64,000 nucleotides of DNA, taken from contig JAMDHS010000002.1 in the NCBI GenBank assembly GCA_029717555.1, forward strand, positions 310,001 to 374,000. Reading direction: 5' to 3'. Position 1 is the first letter of the stretch, and every line of letters starts with the position of its first letter. The notes beneath the pieces are model-generated. The model did no database searches, had not been told where the DNA came from, and was given only the letters and a program-made list of their open reading frames with translations. Below are positions 30,018-42,091 of the stretch, in pieces. This stretch comes from Peribolospora baueri. Its lineage: Eukaryota. Both the position numbers and the translations under genes were made by a program.

Positions 30018-30074
30018 TTCATGACTATTATTGAAAGAAAAGTAATGGGAGCTATGCAACGTGGAGTTGGACCT
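30018..30074 (+). pseudogene. nad1: NADH dehydrogenase subunit 1 N-terminal fragment
   Basis: FMTIIERKVMGAMQRGVGP versus the ND1 signature ERKxxGxMQRRxGP, with AT-biased codons. Confidence 0.88.
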
Positions 30075-30108
30075 TATCTATCGCTCGCCCACCGCCCAGC
30101 GTACGCTA

Positions 30109-30749
30109 CAGTCAACCCTGTCTATAAGCATAAGGGTTGTATAGCCCGGGTGCTATGCAGTATGCGGGAGGTTGACTACCCAGAGGGGCCTATGCATATT
30201 TGCCGCAGCCGTTGCCACAGTCGATAGCGAGACATGAATTCCAAGCTTTACTATAGAGTATGTACACGTCATAACACAACCATGTTCAAGAAGAAGTGTG
30301 TGCAGAAAAGAATTGTCGCTCGTTGACATGTTCTTTGAAAGAGATGGTGAAACGGGGACAAGCACCCACGTCTACATGGTAATGTTAGAACTGACGGTGG
30401 ATGGACGAAAGTGTATGTTACTGGTTCGTTATTGTTAAGAGAGCATACAAAGAGGAAAACCGCAGTAACACCTTTGCCTACACAGTCATGTCCGCTTTCA
30501 GCCGCGTAACCACGGTGCTCGTCGCCGCCAATCTCCAACAGCACGAGGATGCACGTGACCCTCAACCCTAACTGGTAAGGACGGCACCGGTGTCAGTGCT
30601 ATGCAATATGCGGGTATGTCAGTATGCATATAGACCAGTGTTTTGGCTGGGATTAGTTAATTTTTGGCTGGGGAGCAAACGGGAAAGGGAGATCGCTATG
30701 CACTATGCGAAGGCCTATGGACCCGTATGCTAACAGACAGGGTTGACTG
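30109..30749. mobile_element. Non-autonomous Tc1/mariner(pogo)-type DNA transposon (MITE), 641 bp
   Basis: Left TIR CAGTCAACCCTGTCTATAAGCATAAGGGT (30109-30137) and right TIR (30721-30749) match at 26/29. TA flanks both ends (30107-08, 30750-51). No transposase ORF. Confidence 0.88.
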
Positions 30750-31779
30750 TACCTACCTCGCTATCTACCTTCCTACCCGCCAGCGGGACATAATACATAC
30801 ACGGACGAGCAAGGATCGTCATAGACCGTCCCAAGGGTCGGGGGCACGTTGCAGCCGGAGATCGTGTCCGCCGGAAGGACGGGCAGCTCGGACGCGGATC
30901 CCGGCGAGGGTTCTCGTTTGCTCGTCCGCTCGTTTGCTCGACCCGCTCGCTCGCACCAAGTCCAAAGGCGCACGTTCGAGCTGAGGCAGCGGTGAGGGTG
31001 AGGGTGTCGTCGGCGGTGGACGGAGGGAAGGATGGATCCGACTTGGAGGTGGAGCTGGCCGCGGCGACGCTGTTGGTAGGGAGGGATTTGCATCCCCGAA
31101 GGATCCGCACCGACGATCAGCTTGAGCAGCACCATCGAAGTGGAGCCGTTCCTCCGTCGGTCACCATCGAACCCTCCTCCGCTCCTCCATCCATCCGCCA
31201 GCCGCTGAGCCATATGATAGCGAGATGGATCAGCAGCGCACATGCTATGCTATGCATCCTCCTTCCACCAGCCATCGCCCCTTTCGTCCCTCCCTTCGCC
31301 CTCCACCACCGCTCCCACTCCCGGCGCCCGCTCCGTTGCCCCTCCCCTTCTCCGATTTGTCCGACGTGTGTGTAGCAGAACGTACTCATGCGTCCCAAAA
31401 TGGACGACGTCGCGGGGATCACCTCCTATCCCACCTCCCCGACCCTGACCTCCGCCGGGTGGGCTCGTCAGGCTCCGGCCTGCTAGCTAGCTTGCGCCCG
31501 GGCCGTCCACATGAGCATGACCAGAACAGAACAGCTACAGGAAGGAGCTCACGAGCCAATCTGCCTAGTCCCATCCCAGCCGCCCTCGAGCTCATCCCCC
31601 CTCCACCACCTCCTCGGCCGCGAGCTCGCTCCGTAGGCTATGAAAGAGAGGGCCTCGCTCCCGGCTCCTCCAAGACAAGCTCCTTCTCTCACCTCACCTC
31701 CCGTCCTCTCCTATCCACTACCCTTCTCCTCCCCCACTCCCTCCCCTCTCCCCTCTCACTCCATCCCTTCTCCACAGCC

Positions 31780-32718
<939 letters not shown>

Positions 32719-34021
32719 GCACTCGAGCGCGCGTTTGGAGAGAACGCTGGGGAAGGAAATGACGTACAACTGGTCTGTCGGTCGGGGGGGCATTCGAGTC
32801 GACCCAAGCCTGTTCCGATCCGATGCTATGTGTGCGTCTCGCTACCGGGACATTCCTTTCCTCCTTTCACGATCAACGTACGTCACCTATACGACCCATG
32901 AAATGTGAACGGACCGGACCTTTCTTTCCCCTGACGAACATTTTCACGGACGCTGTCGTCGTCGGACGAAGAAGGGCCGAGGAATGTGTGATTCGAGTAC
33001 GGGGAAGACGGGTGCGGCCCGGCCCGGTTGGCCTCCATTGTCTTGCGTATTGGATGGTTAGGGAAAAAGCGGACGGTCGTGAGGTCCAAGGTACATAAGT
33101 AAACGTATACGCACTGTCGGACATACGCACATTCACATTCAACACGTCGACGAGCGAGTCCGTTTTAACCGCCACGTCCGTCGAGGTCGCCGCCGCCGAC
33201 GTGCGGAGAGAAGGCCCGCGGCAATGTTCGGCGAGTTGATCTTGGCACGGCCCTCTGGCCCTCGCACAGACAGACAGACAGGCGCATCGGCCGACTCCGT
33301 TCCGACCGATCATTGCTGCCCTATCCCCGTACGTAACCGACTGACTTGCCTCACCCAATCCGTTCCAGCGAACCCGACTCGGCGATCGACGTCGATTACC
33401 ATATGCATACCTTTCGGACGCCGGTGCTGCGCTTAAAAGGCAGCCGACCATGGCAGGCCGTTCGCGCCGCGGACGGAGTGCTCCGGTCCGAGTGACTGGT
33501 TGCGATTGCGATTGCAATTGCGATTGCGATCGTACATTGTGAGAGCATCGAAATCCCACACGGACGTAAATCGTCGTCCACAAAGTCTTACTTGCCCATC
33601 CGTGCTCCCTCTGTCTATCCCTTTCCTTTCCTTTCCTTTCTTTTTGGCAGCGTCAAGTATGGGTCGGGTTGACTGGATGAGGAAGAAGAAGAAGATACCG
33701 GCGATGGCGACTTCTTCGCCGCGCCCGCCGTACTCGAGTCGAGTCCCTCCTGTTCAGTACGGATGCGATGCAACCGTCGTTCTTTTTCTTCCGAGCCTCT
33801 GCGGCCGACCGATCCTCGCTTGAAAGGTATAAGACATAACCTACAAAGACGCTCACTCACGCCCTGCTCCTTCCCTCGCCGCTCTCACCGCTACTTTATC
33901 GCTGTACCTGCTCCACACTCACAGCGTGTGCATTCGCGGCCGCTCCTTCCTCGTCCGCGCGCTGTGTTGCTCATCCTTCCTCTTCCCTCCACCCTCCCTC
34001 CCCCGCACTACTGTATGGAAC

Positions 34022-35908
34022 ATGTATTCGAACCCGGTGGCTGAAAAGTGAGTCCCCGTTCACATGCGTCAAGGTTTCACCGTCTGTGCCACCCACGCCG
34101 ACGCCGAGGCTTACCTACCGTTCTTCGTCCTCTCTCTAAACACCTTTCGCGATCAGCGTTTTTGGCGCCGTCGGTACGTTCCTTTGGAGCTTCCAGCTCG
34201 TTCCTCAGATCGTCAAGTCGCATCGCAAAAAGTCGACGGAAGGTGCGCTCTCTCAGTCTGTGCCCATCTACCCAACAACAAGGTCGTGGCGTGCCACCAT
34301 TTTTTTTATCTGGCCCAACTCGGCTGACGACTAGGTTGCCGTCTTGAACCTCCCCCCCCCGGGCCGCTCAGGTCTATCCGCATGGCTCCTGTTCATCTGG
34401 CTCGTAGGCTCCGTCTTCCAAGGCGCCTATCTCATCATCCAAGACGTCAGCATTCCCCTCATCCTTCAGCCCCAGCTCTTTGGCCTCTTCGCCTGCATCG
34501 CCTTGGCTCAAGTGCGTCCTTCCGTCCGTCCTCGTTTTTCGTCCCCCGCTCCGTGCTTTCCTTCCTTCCTTGTGCCGGGCCGAGGCCGCCGAGGCCCATT
34601 TTTTTCGCTCAACCTTTCCTTCCTTCCTCTCCCCGCTCTCCGTCCTTACTCGCGCTCGCCGTCTTGCGACGCACAGTGCTGGCATTTTGCCCATAGACGT
34701 TCCGTCCCTTTCTGCCTCGGAGGAACCCTCCTCCTGCTCTGCTCCCTCGCCGGCATCGAATGTGGTCTCACCTTTGGTGCTCGCCACGTCCAGAAGCAAG
34801 ACGGATCTCACGGGGCGACCGAGGCGTTTGGGATCGTGGGCACCGTGCTCATCTTGGGCGGTTTGCTGCCTCAGTATTACGAGATATTCAGATTCAAGGA
34901 AGGTGAGCGGTTATTTTTTTCGTTCGTTCGCCGGCCGACCCCGTAATGTCCTTGAGGCGATCATCTTTCGTAAGGATGTCGAGCTCACCGTGCTCTTCCT
35001 ATTTGGGATGTCCTCTGACGCTGCGCGCAGTCAAAGGCATCAGCTTCGTTTTCCTGGCCATTGACATGTCTGGCGCGGTCGCTTCGTGTCTGTCTTTGGG
35101 TGAGTCGTTCGCCATCAGGGCGGCCGGCTTGTTCATCATTGCCTTCGCTACCGCACTGACTGTCGCATCACCTCTCCCGTTGCATTGTCCGCTCCCACGC
35201 AGTCTTCAAGACTGTGAGTACGTTTTTTTCAGTCCGTCATCGATCGGTCCTCTCTTTGCGCCGCTGCCAAAACGATAGCGTCTCGCTCAACTCGGACTCT
35301 CGTACATACCTTGACAGTACTTCGATGGCGTCGCCGCCAGCAATTACATCGGCATCTTCATCCTCGAATCAGGGATCTGCATCATCGCGCTCATCCTCAA
35401 CCCTCGTGCTCGCCGTCGGAGACTCGAGCAGCAGCAGGAGCGGAGCACTTCCTCCGCTTCCGACGACGCCTCAGACTCCCGTGCGGACGGATACGCGGGC
35501 AGGCAAGAGAAGGAGATGGAAGAAGCGAGGGCGAGTGCGACGGCGATGGACAGGACGCCCAGCTTGCCCTTGAGCGAGACGCTCACCTCCGACGGCACGC
35601 TCATCGCGCATTCGAACATGGAAACCGCGAAGCGGGAAGGCGGCTTCCTCGAGAAGACGGACACTTCTGGACGTGGATCGGAGGAGCGAACCAACGCACG
35701 AGCGGTGAAGCAGGAACGGACGTGGGAGAGAGAGGGTCAAGACGAGCGCGGACAGGAGATCACTGAGATCCCTCCGCGCGTCCACAGAGTGTCGTTGGAC
35801 ATTCACCTCCCCTCCGTGGACCTTCATCTTCCGTGCCACGGCGGTCACACCCGCCGGTCGCACGAATCCGGCAGCGGCAGTAACCCTCAACTCAATGCTG
35901 AGCATTAG
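34022..35908 (+). CDS. PQ-loop repeat membrane transporter
   Basis: NPVAENVFGAVGTFLWSFQLVPQIVKSHRKKSTEGLS, plus a second loop GGLLPQYYEIFRFKEVKGISFVFLAIDMSGA. Confidence 0.9.
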
Positions 35909-36387
35909 CCATTCTGTCTCCGCCCACCTTCATTCAACGTCACCTCCACAACGATGCAACGCACGACGAGACCTCGATGGAACGAAACGACCGCGCCTTA
36001 TATCATGACAACGGCACCGGCAGGGAAGGAATGAATACCGCTTTCGATTTGGATTCTCTCTCAGCATTTTGTTTTTTGCCGCTTGCCGTTTGGATTATTT
36101 TATAGAGTCACCGTTCCTCTCCTTCTCCCTCAGCGCAGTCTCAAAAGGAGGTCACTGTAGCTGTATGTCGTAAGGACTGCGTTCATTACGTGTATGGGGA
36201 ATCGGATCGAAGTCTCCCTCTTTCCCGTCTGCCTACCTCTCAATTCTCTGCGTTTGACCAATCCTTCCACCGTCCACTCTTTCGCTCCTTAAACCTTGCA
36301 ATCCGGCCCGTCACGAGGGCGACTACTCGACGAACACGAACAACGTCAGTGATCCGAATAAGTCGTTACCGAAGGCCAACGCTAAGC

Positions 36388-37640
36388 TCACGCCGCGAGC
36401 CGATCCAAAGTCGATCGCATCCCACCGCCGCCGCCAATCGGTCCCTGTTGTTGTTGCTGCTGCTGCTGCCGCTCGACAGGCCCCGGACCTCTCCCACTCT
36501 CGAGCCTGCTCGCTTCACTCTCTACCCTTCCCGGCTGCTCCTCATCATCATCATCCAAAGATGGCCAATCCTCCTCTTCCGCCTCGGCGATGCTATGGTT
36601 CGCCAGGCGATGGTAGCGGTAGTCTCTTCGACCTGCAGAAGAAGAGGTGGAGCTCAAAGGGATAGAGGTATCGGGTACGGCGGAGGGAGAAGGTTTCGAG
36701 AAGGGGAGGTTGCGGTAGGTACCGTGACGGAGGTGGAGTGCGTACGAGTAGAGGAATAGAGCAAAGTAGATCTGTGCGGTTGATGGAAATGATAGGGGTA
36801 ACCGCTCAGAAGGTCGTTTTTTTATTCCCGGCTTCCTTCCTTGACTTCCGGGAATGAAAATATAAGAGGAAAAAGTACTGATCCGAATCCAACTCACCTT
36901 AATGAGCCATCCAAACACCAAAACGGCGGCGGCGAAACCTTTCTCCTCCCCCCAGATTCCCTCAGCGGCTATCTTCCTCTGCTCATCGGTCATAGCCGCG
37001 GCTCCGGTAGAACCTCCAGCGCCGAGGCGCATGAGATCCTTCTGGGCGTCGGATTTGGCCTCTATTCGGCCGTCGTGAGGCGTGTAGAGGTACCAAACGA
37101 AGGAAAAGAACAGTGTCCATGCAGACGACACGAGGTGATCGAGTGTGAAGAGGTGGGCGTACAGGAGCGCTGCGTGCGGGCTTTCCTGTAGCACAGAGAG
37201 AGGTTATTATCGACGTTTCGTGAGCAAGTTCGCGACAAGAGCGCACACCCGTGCGCACGAAGAGAATTGAATAAATGCAACGCACATCGGTGATGGCTTT
37301 GAGACCATATAAGCAAAGAAAGATGGTAGCGAGCGAGTAGGCGTACAAGCTGAATTGCGAGAACGTGCCACCAGTGAAGACAGCCATGAGACCATATACG
37401 CCGGCAACCTTGTTGAAGATGGCGAAAAGGGTGATGATAGTCGCGCCTGTACGTCGGGTAATGAAGGTAGTGGAGATGGACGATCGTTAGACGACACCAT
37501 ATACAGTCCAGGACACGAAGTCCGATGATCATACCCCATCGCGCACCAGTCCGCCGACACCCACCAATCTTTAGATCCATCACCCCAAGGAAAGACTGGA
37601 TGAATCCGCGCGCATCAGGCGCGCGAAAGTAAATGCGCAT
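36388..37640 (-). CDS. KEI1: Inositolphosphorylceramide synthase regulatory subunit Kei1
   Basis: SFLGVMDLKIG...FAIFNKVAGVYGL...HLFTLDHL...WYLYTPHDGR...WLIKIYFALFLYSYA. Confidence 0.85.
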
Positions 37641-38001
37641 GACGACCACCCTTTCCCTTCGACGGTCCCTTGTCTCCTGATTGCGATTGATTCGACTATG
37701 TTAAATTGGAGCTTTTGGACCGAAGCTTGCGAGTCTCCCCAGCCGCGTCGTTACAACCTTCCAATCTCGATGTCAGTGAGCTGCTGCTGGTGTCGAAGGA
37801 CGCTCCATGTACGGAAGAAAGTAGAGACGCCTTGGAATAGATGAGATGCGAAAGCTCTGAGAAGGAGCTGTGGAGAAGGAGGAAGGAAAGCTGCCGTTCG
37901 GCCTCGAAGAACCGGCACGTGACCTGCTCGACTTTGGTTCGGCGTCCTGTGCATAACGTTACGTCGAACCATCTCACCGTCGCCCCATCCACCTACCGGA
38001 C

Positions 38002-38581
38002 ATGGTGAGCAGTCACGAAAAATGTTTTTCATACAGAGCGGTCTAGCGCGTATTGTGCACGTCCCCTCGTCTGATGTATCCACACACGGTTTGCCTTTTC
38101 TGCGTACCTGCCGAACTTGTAGAGCCACCATCCCGCCTACACCATGGCCGGCCTCTGCGCCGTCGGAGGCACCGTCGGCTTCGCCCGGACACGTAGCATT
38201 CCCTCTCTTGTCGCCGGACTCAGCGTGGGAGCGCTCTACGCTTTTTCTGCGTACCGTATTCAGAACGGTCTGGATAACGGCTACGAGGGCGCCGCCGGTG
38301 AGTGCGAATTGCGTTTCAGCTGGATAATCTCGATCGCGGTTGAAGGGGCTTATTGGCGGCCTTGACTGGTTTTTTTCCATCTGTCCTGACACTGACTTGC
38401 GCCGATGACTCCTCATCGCTGTCCCTGATCTCCATCTTCGACGTCCCCAGCCGCCTCTGCCGTCCTCTTCCTCTCCTCCATCCCCCGTTTCGCCAAGGGC
38501 CCCGTGCCCAAGATGCTGACAGTCGCCAGCTTGCTGACGGGTGCCTACTATGGAAAGACGATCTACGACTTCCGGCAGTGA
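38002..38581 (+). CDS. TMEM14-family small membrane protein
   Basis: ATG-only first coding exon, then SHHPAYTMAGLCAVGGTVGFARTRSIPSLVAG...YYGKTIYDFRQ. Confidence 0.88.
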
Positions 38582-39423
38582 ACCGAATGTGGAGATTTGT
38601 GAGCCGCGCAAACCTTGTGAAGGGATCTCGCGTTCGCAGAGGAGCGGCAACGGTGCTTTCACACTGGGCATAATAGATAAAATCAGTCCGTAGGCTCGAT
38701 CGAAGCGTGCAAACAAGCGAGGTTTCCGTTTCCTCTCACTCATTATCTCAATATAGCCCCAGTCGACGCTCAACAGTCTAAGGAGCCCAGAATGCTACAT
38801 CGTCATAATCGAATATCGGATGGTCGGTGTCAGACCGATGCCCGTTACGACCATCCTGGGCCGTTGGAAGAGGTAAAAGGAAAGCAAGACGACGACCAGA
38901 AAACCAAATTCATGCATAACTGCCGGCGCCTTCATATGCCAGCGTCCTTAGTCCTTGAGCACGTTATATCCTTACAACCGTCTATTGGTCATGCTGTGTT
39001 TATTTGTAGAGCCAGAGACGTCGCGCTTCCTTTGGAGATGTCGTTTCGGAGACCTCGTTCCCGCGAATGTACTGTAGGCCTCGACGGCGCGCGCAGAGCT
39101 GCCACCGGAGACGCCTTGCTCTGCACAGAGACATAGGTTTCGCTGCATGCAAACTCGTATCCAGTCTCCAGTCGAACTAAGTCATCCGCGTGGTGGTGGT
39201 TGGCATCTGCGGCCTTTGACGGCGAGGCGAGTCCATGAGTTCCTACGGCGGCCGCAAGCAAGTCCGTCTCTCACACGCTTCGCGCTCGACGGCGCTGCGG
39301 TCGATGGCGCCGGCGCTACCAGGCGCTCCGCCACGGCGGCCAGCTGCTTACCATTTTTCCTTCCTCTTTCCACCCCGGACGAGACAGAGACAGAGACAGA
39401 AAGGAAGGCAGATTCCTCACAAC

Positions 39424-39882
39424 ATGCACTTTTTCACCGTCCTTCCTATCCTTTTCGCGCTCTGTCTTCTCCTTCCCTCCTGTCTCGTCCAAGCGCAATC
39501 TTCCAACCCGCCCATCTCCCTTCCACCCCACTTCTCCTCCCCCTCCTCTAGCGCGGACGCCTCCTCTTCCTCCAGCACCCCTGTCTCCTCCACGCTCTCC
39601 GGTCTGACCACCACTCTCGCCTCAGGCACCGTGAGCATCATTGGCCCTCTCTCTTCGGCCACGTCGAGCGTCGCGGCCAGCTCTGCGTCCTCCAGCGGTT
39701 CCAGCAGACACGTCAGCAGCGGCGGCATGATCAGCGCGACGACGGCCTCGCCGACGCCGTCGGCACAGGGGAACAACAATGGTGGGACGCGGGCCACTGG
39801 AACCTTTGCGGGAGGGCTCTGGGCGGCGTTGATCGTCAGCGTTGGAGGCGCCTTGCTCGGGACCGCCGTCGGCGGCGTGTAG
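39424..39882 (+). CDS. Small secreted Ser/Thr-rich protein, putative GPI anchor
   Basis: Signal MHFFTVLPILFALCLLLPSCLVQA, Ser/Thr core, hydrophobic C-terminal tail. Confidence 0.7.
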   Translation: MHFFTVLPILFALCLLLPSCLVQAQSSNPPISLPPHFSSPSSSADASSSSSTPVSSTLSGLTTTLASGTVSIIGPLSSATSSVAASSASSSGSSRHVSSGGMISATTASPTPSAQGNNNGGTRATGTFAGGLWAALIVSVGGALLGTAVGGV

Positions 39883-40272
39883 CAAGGCGCATGTATAGAT
39901 TGGATGGATGGAACGCGGAGTGTTAAAGATAGTGAGTTGGAACGTTTGGCATGTAACCGGGATTAGCTAGCGATGGCTAAGCCGCTTTGCATCCTTGCCT
40001 CTGCTCCAGTCCACCAGCTTCTTTTCCTGTAGCTTACACCATGCCGGCCCGACGACGTCCGTCTCGCGCGGCGGACGGATGGAAGGAGCAAGCCGGCTCG
40101 CCCCGCCTGCCTTCCTTTTATACCACCATCACATAGCATTACAAAGCTACGTGCCACTCGACGTTGAAAAGCAGAGCCGGTCTCTTCTTTTGCGCCATCC
40201 ATATCATATCATCTTTCCCTCACTCGCAGCGAGTTTGTAACACCCCTCCTCACGCCTCACCACCTAACGGAA

Positions 40273-40599
40273 ATGAAGTCCCCTATGTCTGGTTTTCGTG
40301 GTCTGCTCGTCCTCCTGCTCCTCTCTTCTCTGGCCGTACAAGTACAGTCCTCATCGGACCCCTCCGCGGGCCCAGCCGCGTCGAGTATCCTCTCCTACGT
40401 CACCTCTGTGCCCGGGGGCGCGGCAACCACGGTGACGAGCGTGGTGGGGAGCGTCGTCCAATCTGGCGCCTCGTCCACCTCGCACGGCAAGAGCGGCACC
40501 GCCAAGGGATCGTCCGCGGATGCGAGGGTCGCCGCGGCTGCAACGGTCGCTCTTGCCGCCGGAGTGGTCGGGGGCATCGCGGGCACGCTAGCGTTTTAG
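40273..40599 (+). CDS. Small secreted Ser/Thr-rich protein, putative GPI anchor
   Basis: Signal GLLVLLLLSSLAVQVQS, Ser/Thr core, C-terminal AAAATVALAAGVVGGIAGTLAF. Confidence 0.7.
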   Translation: MKSPMSGFRGLLVLLLLSSLAVQVQSSSDPSAGPAASSILSYVTSVPGGAATTVTSVVGSVVQSGASSTSHGKSGTAKGSSADARVAAAATVALAAGVVGGIAGTLAF

Positions 40600-41256
40600 G
40601 CTTTTCGTATTTTACAGTGTAAGTCGCCATAGCCGCTTCTCATGTTTGCGGACCCTGTCTCTGTCTCGCCGAGTACGCAAACGCCGCAGTCCTCTTTCTC
40701 ACTGTGGAACTCGCGTTGCCCTCTGAAATCTTGTATTGGCAAGGATAAGACGGGAACCTCTTTCTGCACATCGGAGGACGACAAGCCCGTGTCAAATCGG
40801 TCAGGGGACCAAAAAGAACTTGCCGTGTATCTTGCACCACTTCTCGGTCTGAAAATCAGGTTGGTCAGCGCGTCGCGCGGCTTGGAAGGAAGGTGTCTGA
40901 AAGATTACCGTCGTGTTCTCCCGAGTCAAACCGAACCGAAAGGGATTGATGGCCCTTGTTGTGGTAGCTCGTCTGGGATTCGCTCCCTATCTGAACAGCC
41001 GCCCATCGGCCCCGATCTTATTGTCACTTTTAGTAAGGCTACACAGGCGCCAAGCTCAGCCAACAGCTTGTCGAAACAAAAATGAAATGCGGACGAACGA
41101 AAGAAGTCCAAAGGTGGAAACCGATCTCGACGCACGTTCGAGTTTCTTTCGATCGGCCCGGTGTCGTCGAACGGTGACGTCGAGACCCATCCACCGCACA
41201 TATACATCTCTACGCAGGTCGTAGCCTACCCACTCGCAACCTCACAACGAACAGCG

Positions 41257-42091
41257 ATGGCCTACATCCTTTCCCGCAATTGGACGCGCGCGCTGAGCAC
41301 CAGACCCCTCTCGGTTGCCTCGGCTGCCACCACGGCAGGCAGGAGGTCATTCCGCCTGTCACCGTCTCACGTCAACGAGGATCTGTACGCGGTGGCCGAT
41401 TTTCGCATCGTCTCTGTCGGGTCGGGAACCACGCACGGTTAGTTGGGTGTTACCGTGGCGGGGGACTCCGAAGCCGGTGATGGGGCACTTGACCTGACCG
41501 GCGGAGCGCCGGTAGAGCGACTGTTTGACTGACTGACGGACGGATGGTTTGCGCTTTGCGGACGTGATGCTTTCCCCCACTCCACAGGCAAGTACGTCGC
41601 CGAGGTGCAGAAGGTGTTCGAGGGCGAGGGGCTCAAACACAAGACGCAGTGGGTACCTACTTGACTCGATGAACGGGAAGGCGTCGCCTCCATTCGATTC
41701 ACTCCCACCCCCCCCCCCCGGACGCCTCGAATCTTCCTCCTCTCCCAGCGCGATGGGGACAGACTTGGAAGGACCGCTGCGCGATGTCCTCCTCGCCGTC
41801 GCCAAATGCCATGCCGCCGTGCACGGTCAGGGCGCTCCAAAGATCGAGGTGAGCGTCGAGTCGAGTCTTGCCTTTGCGCATTTCCGGGCAGAATGAAGCG
41901 CTACCGGCAGGTCCAGGTTTGCCAGCGGATTTTTATTTATTTATTTTTTCCGAATGTGTCCTCCCTGCCCGTTCTCACGACAGTCCGACATCCGCCTCGC
42001 CACCAGCGCGACCAACGATGGAGGCGGCGGAGAGATGGAGAGGCGTGTCCGGTCCGTTGACGAGCATAGGAGCCGCGGTGAACACGCGTAG
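41257..42091 (+). CDS. Thiamine-binding YkoF/UPF0045 (Ecm15-like) protein
   Basis: Four exons: LYAVADF...GKYVAEVQKVF...HAMGTDLEGPLRDVLLAVAKCHAAVHGQGAPKIESDIRL. Confidence 0.82.

Larger units (their letters stand above)
29600..30074. other. Mosaic nuclear insertion of mitochondrial DNA (NUMT)
   Basis: Abrupt drop to ~28% GC (17/60 in 29641-29700) within a GC-rich region. Contains recognisable GIY-YIG, tRNA, cob, rns and nad1 pieces. Confidence 0.9.

Noticed and set aside
30021..30227. 68-aa ORF as a functional nuclear nad1 chimera
   Set aside because: ND1 similarity stops after 18 codons and the rest reads into flank and MITE. No targeting signal or expression evidence.
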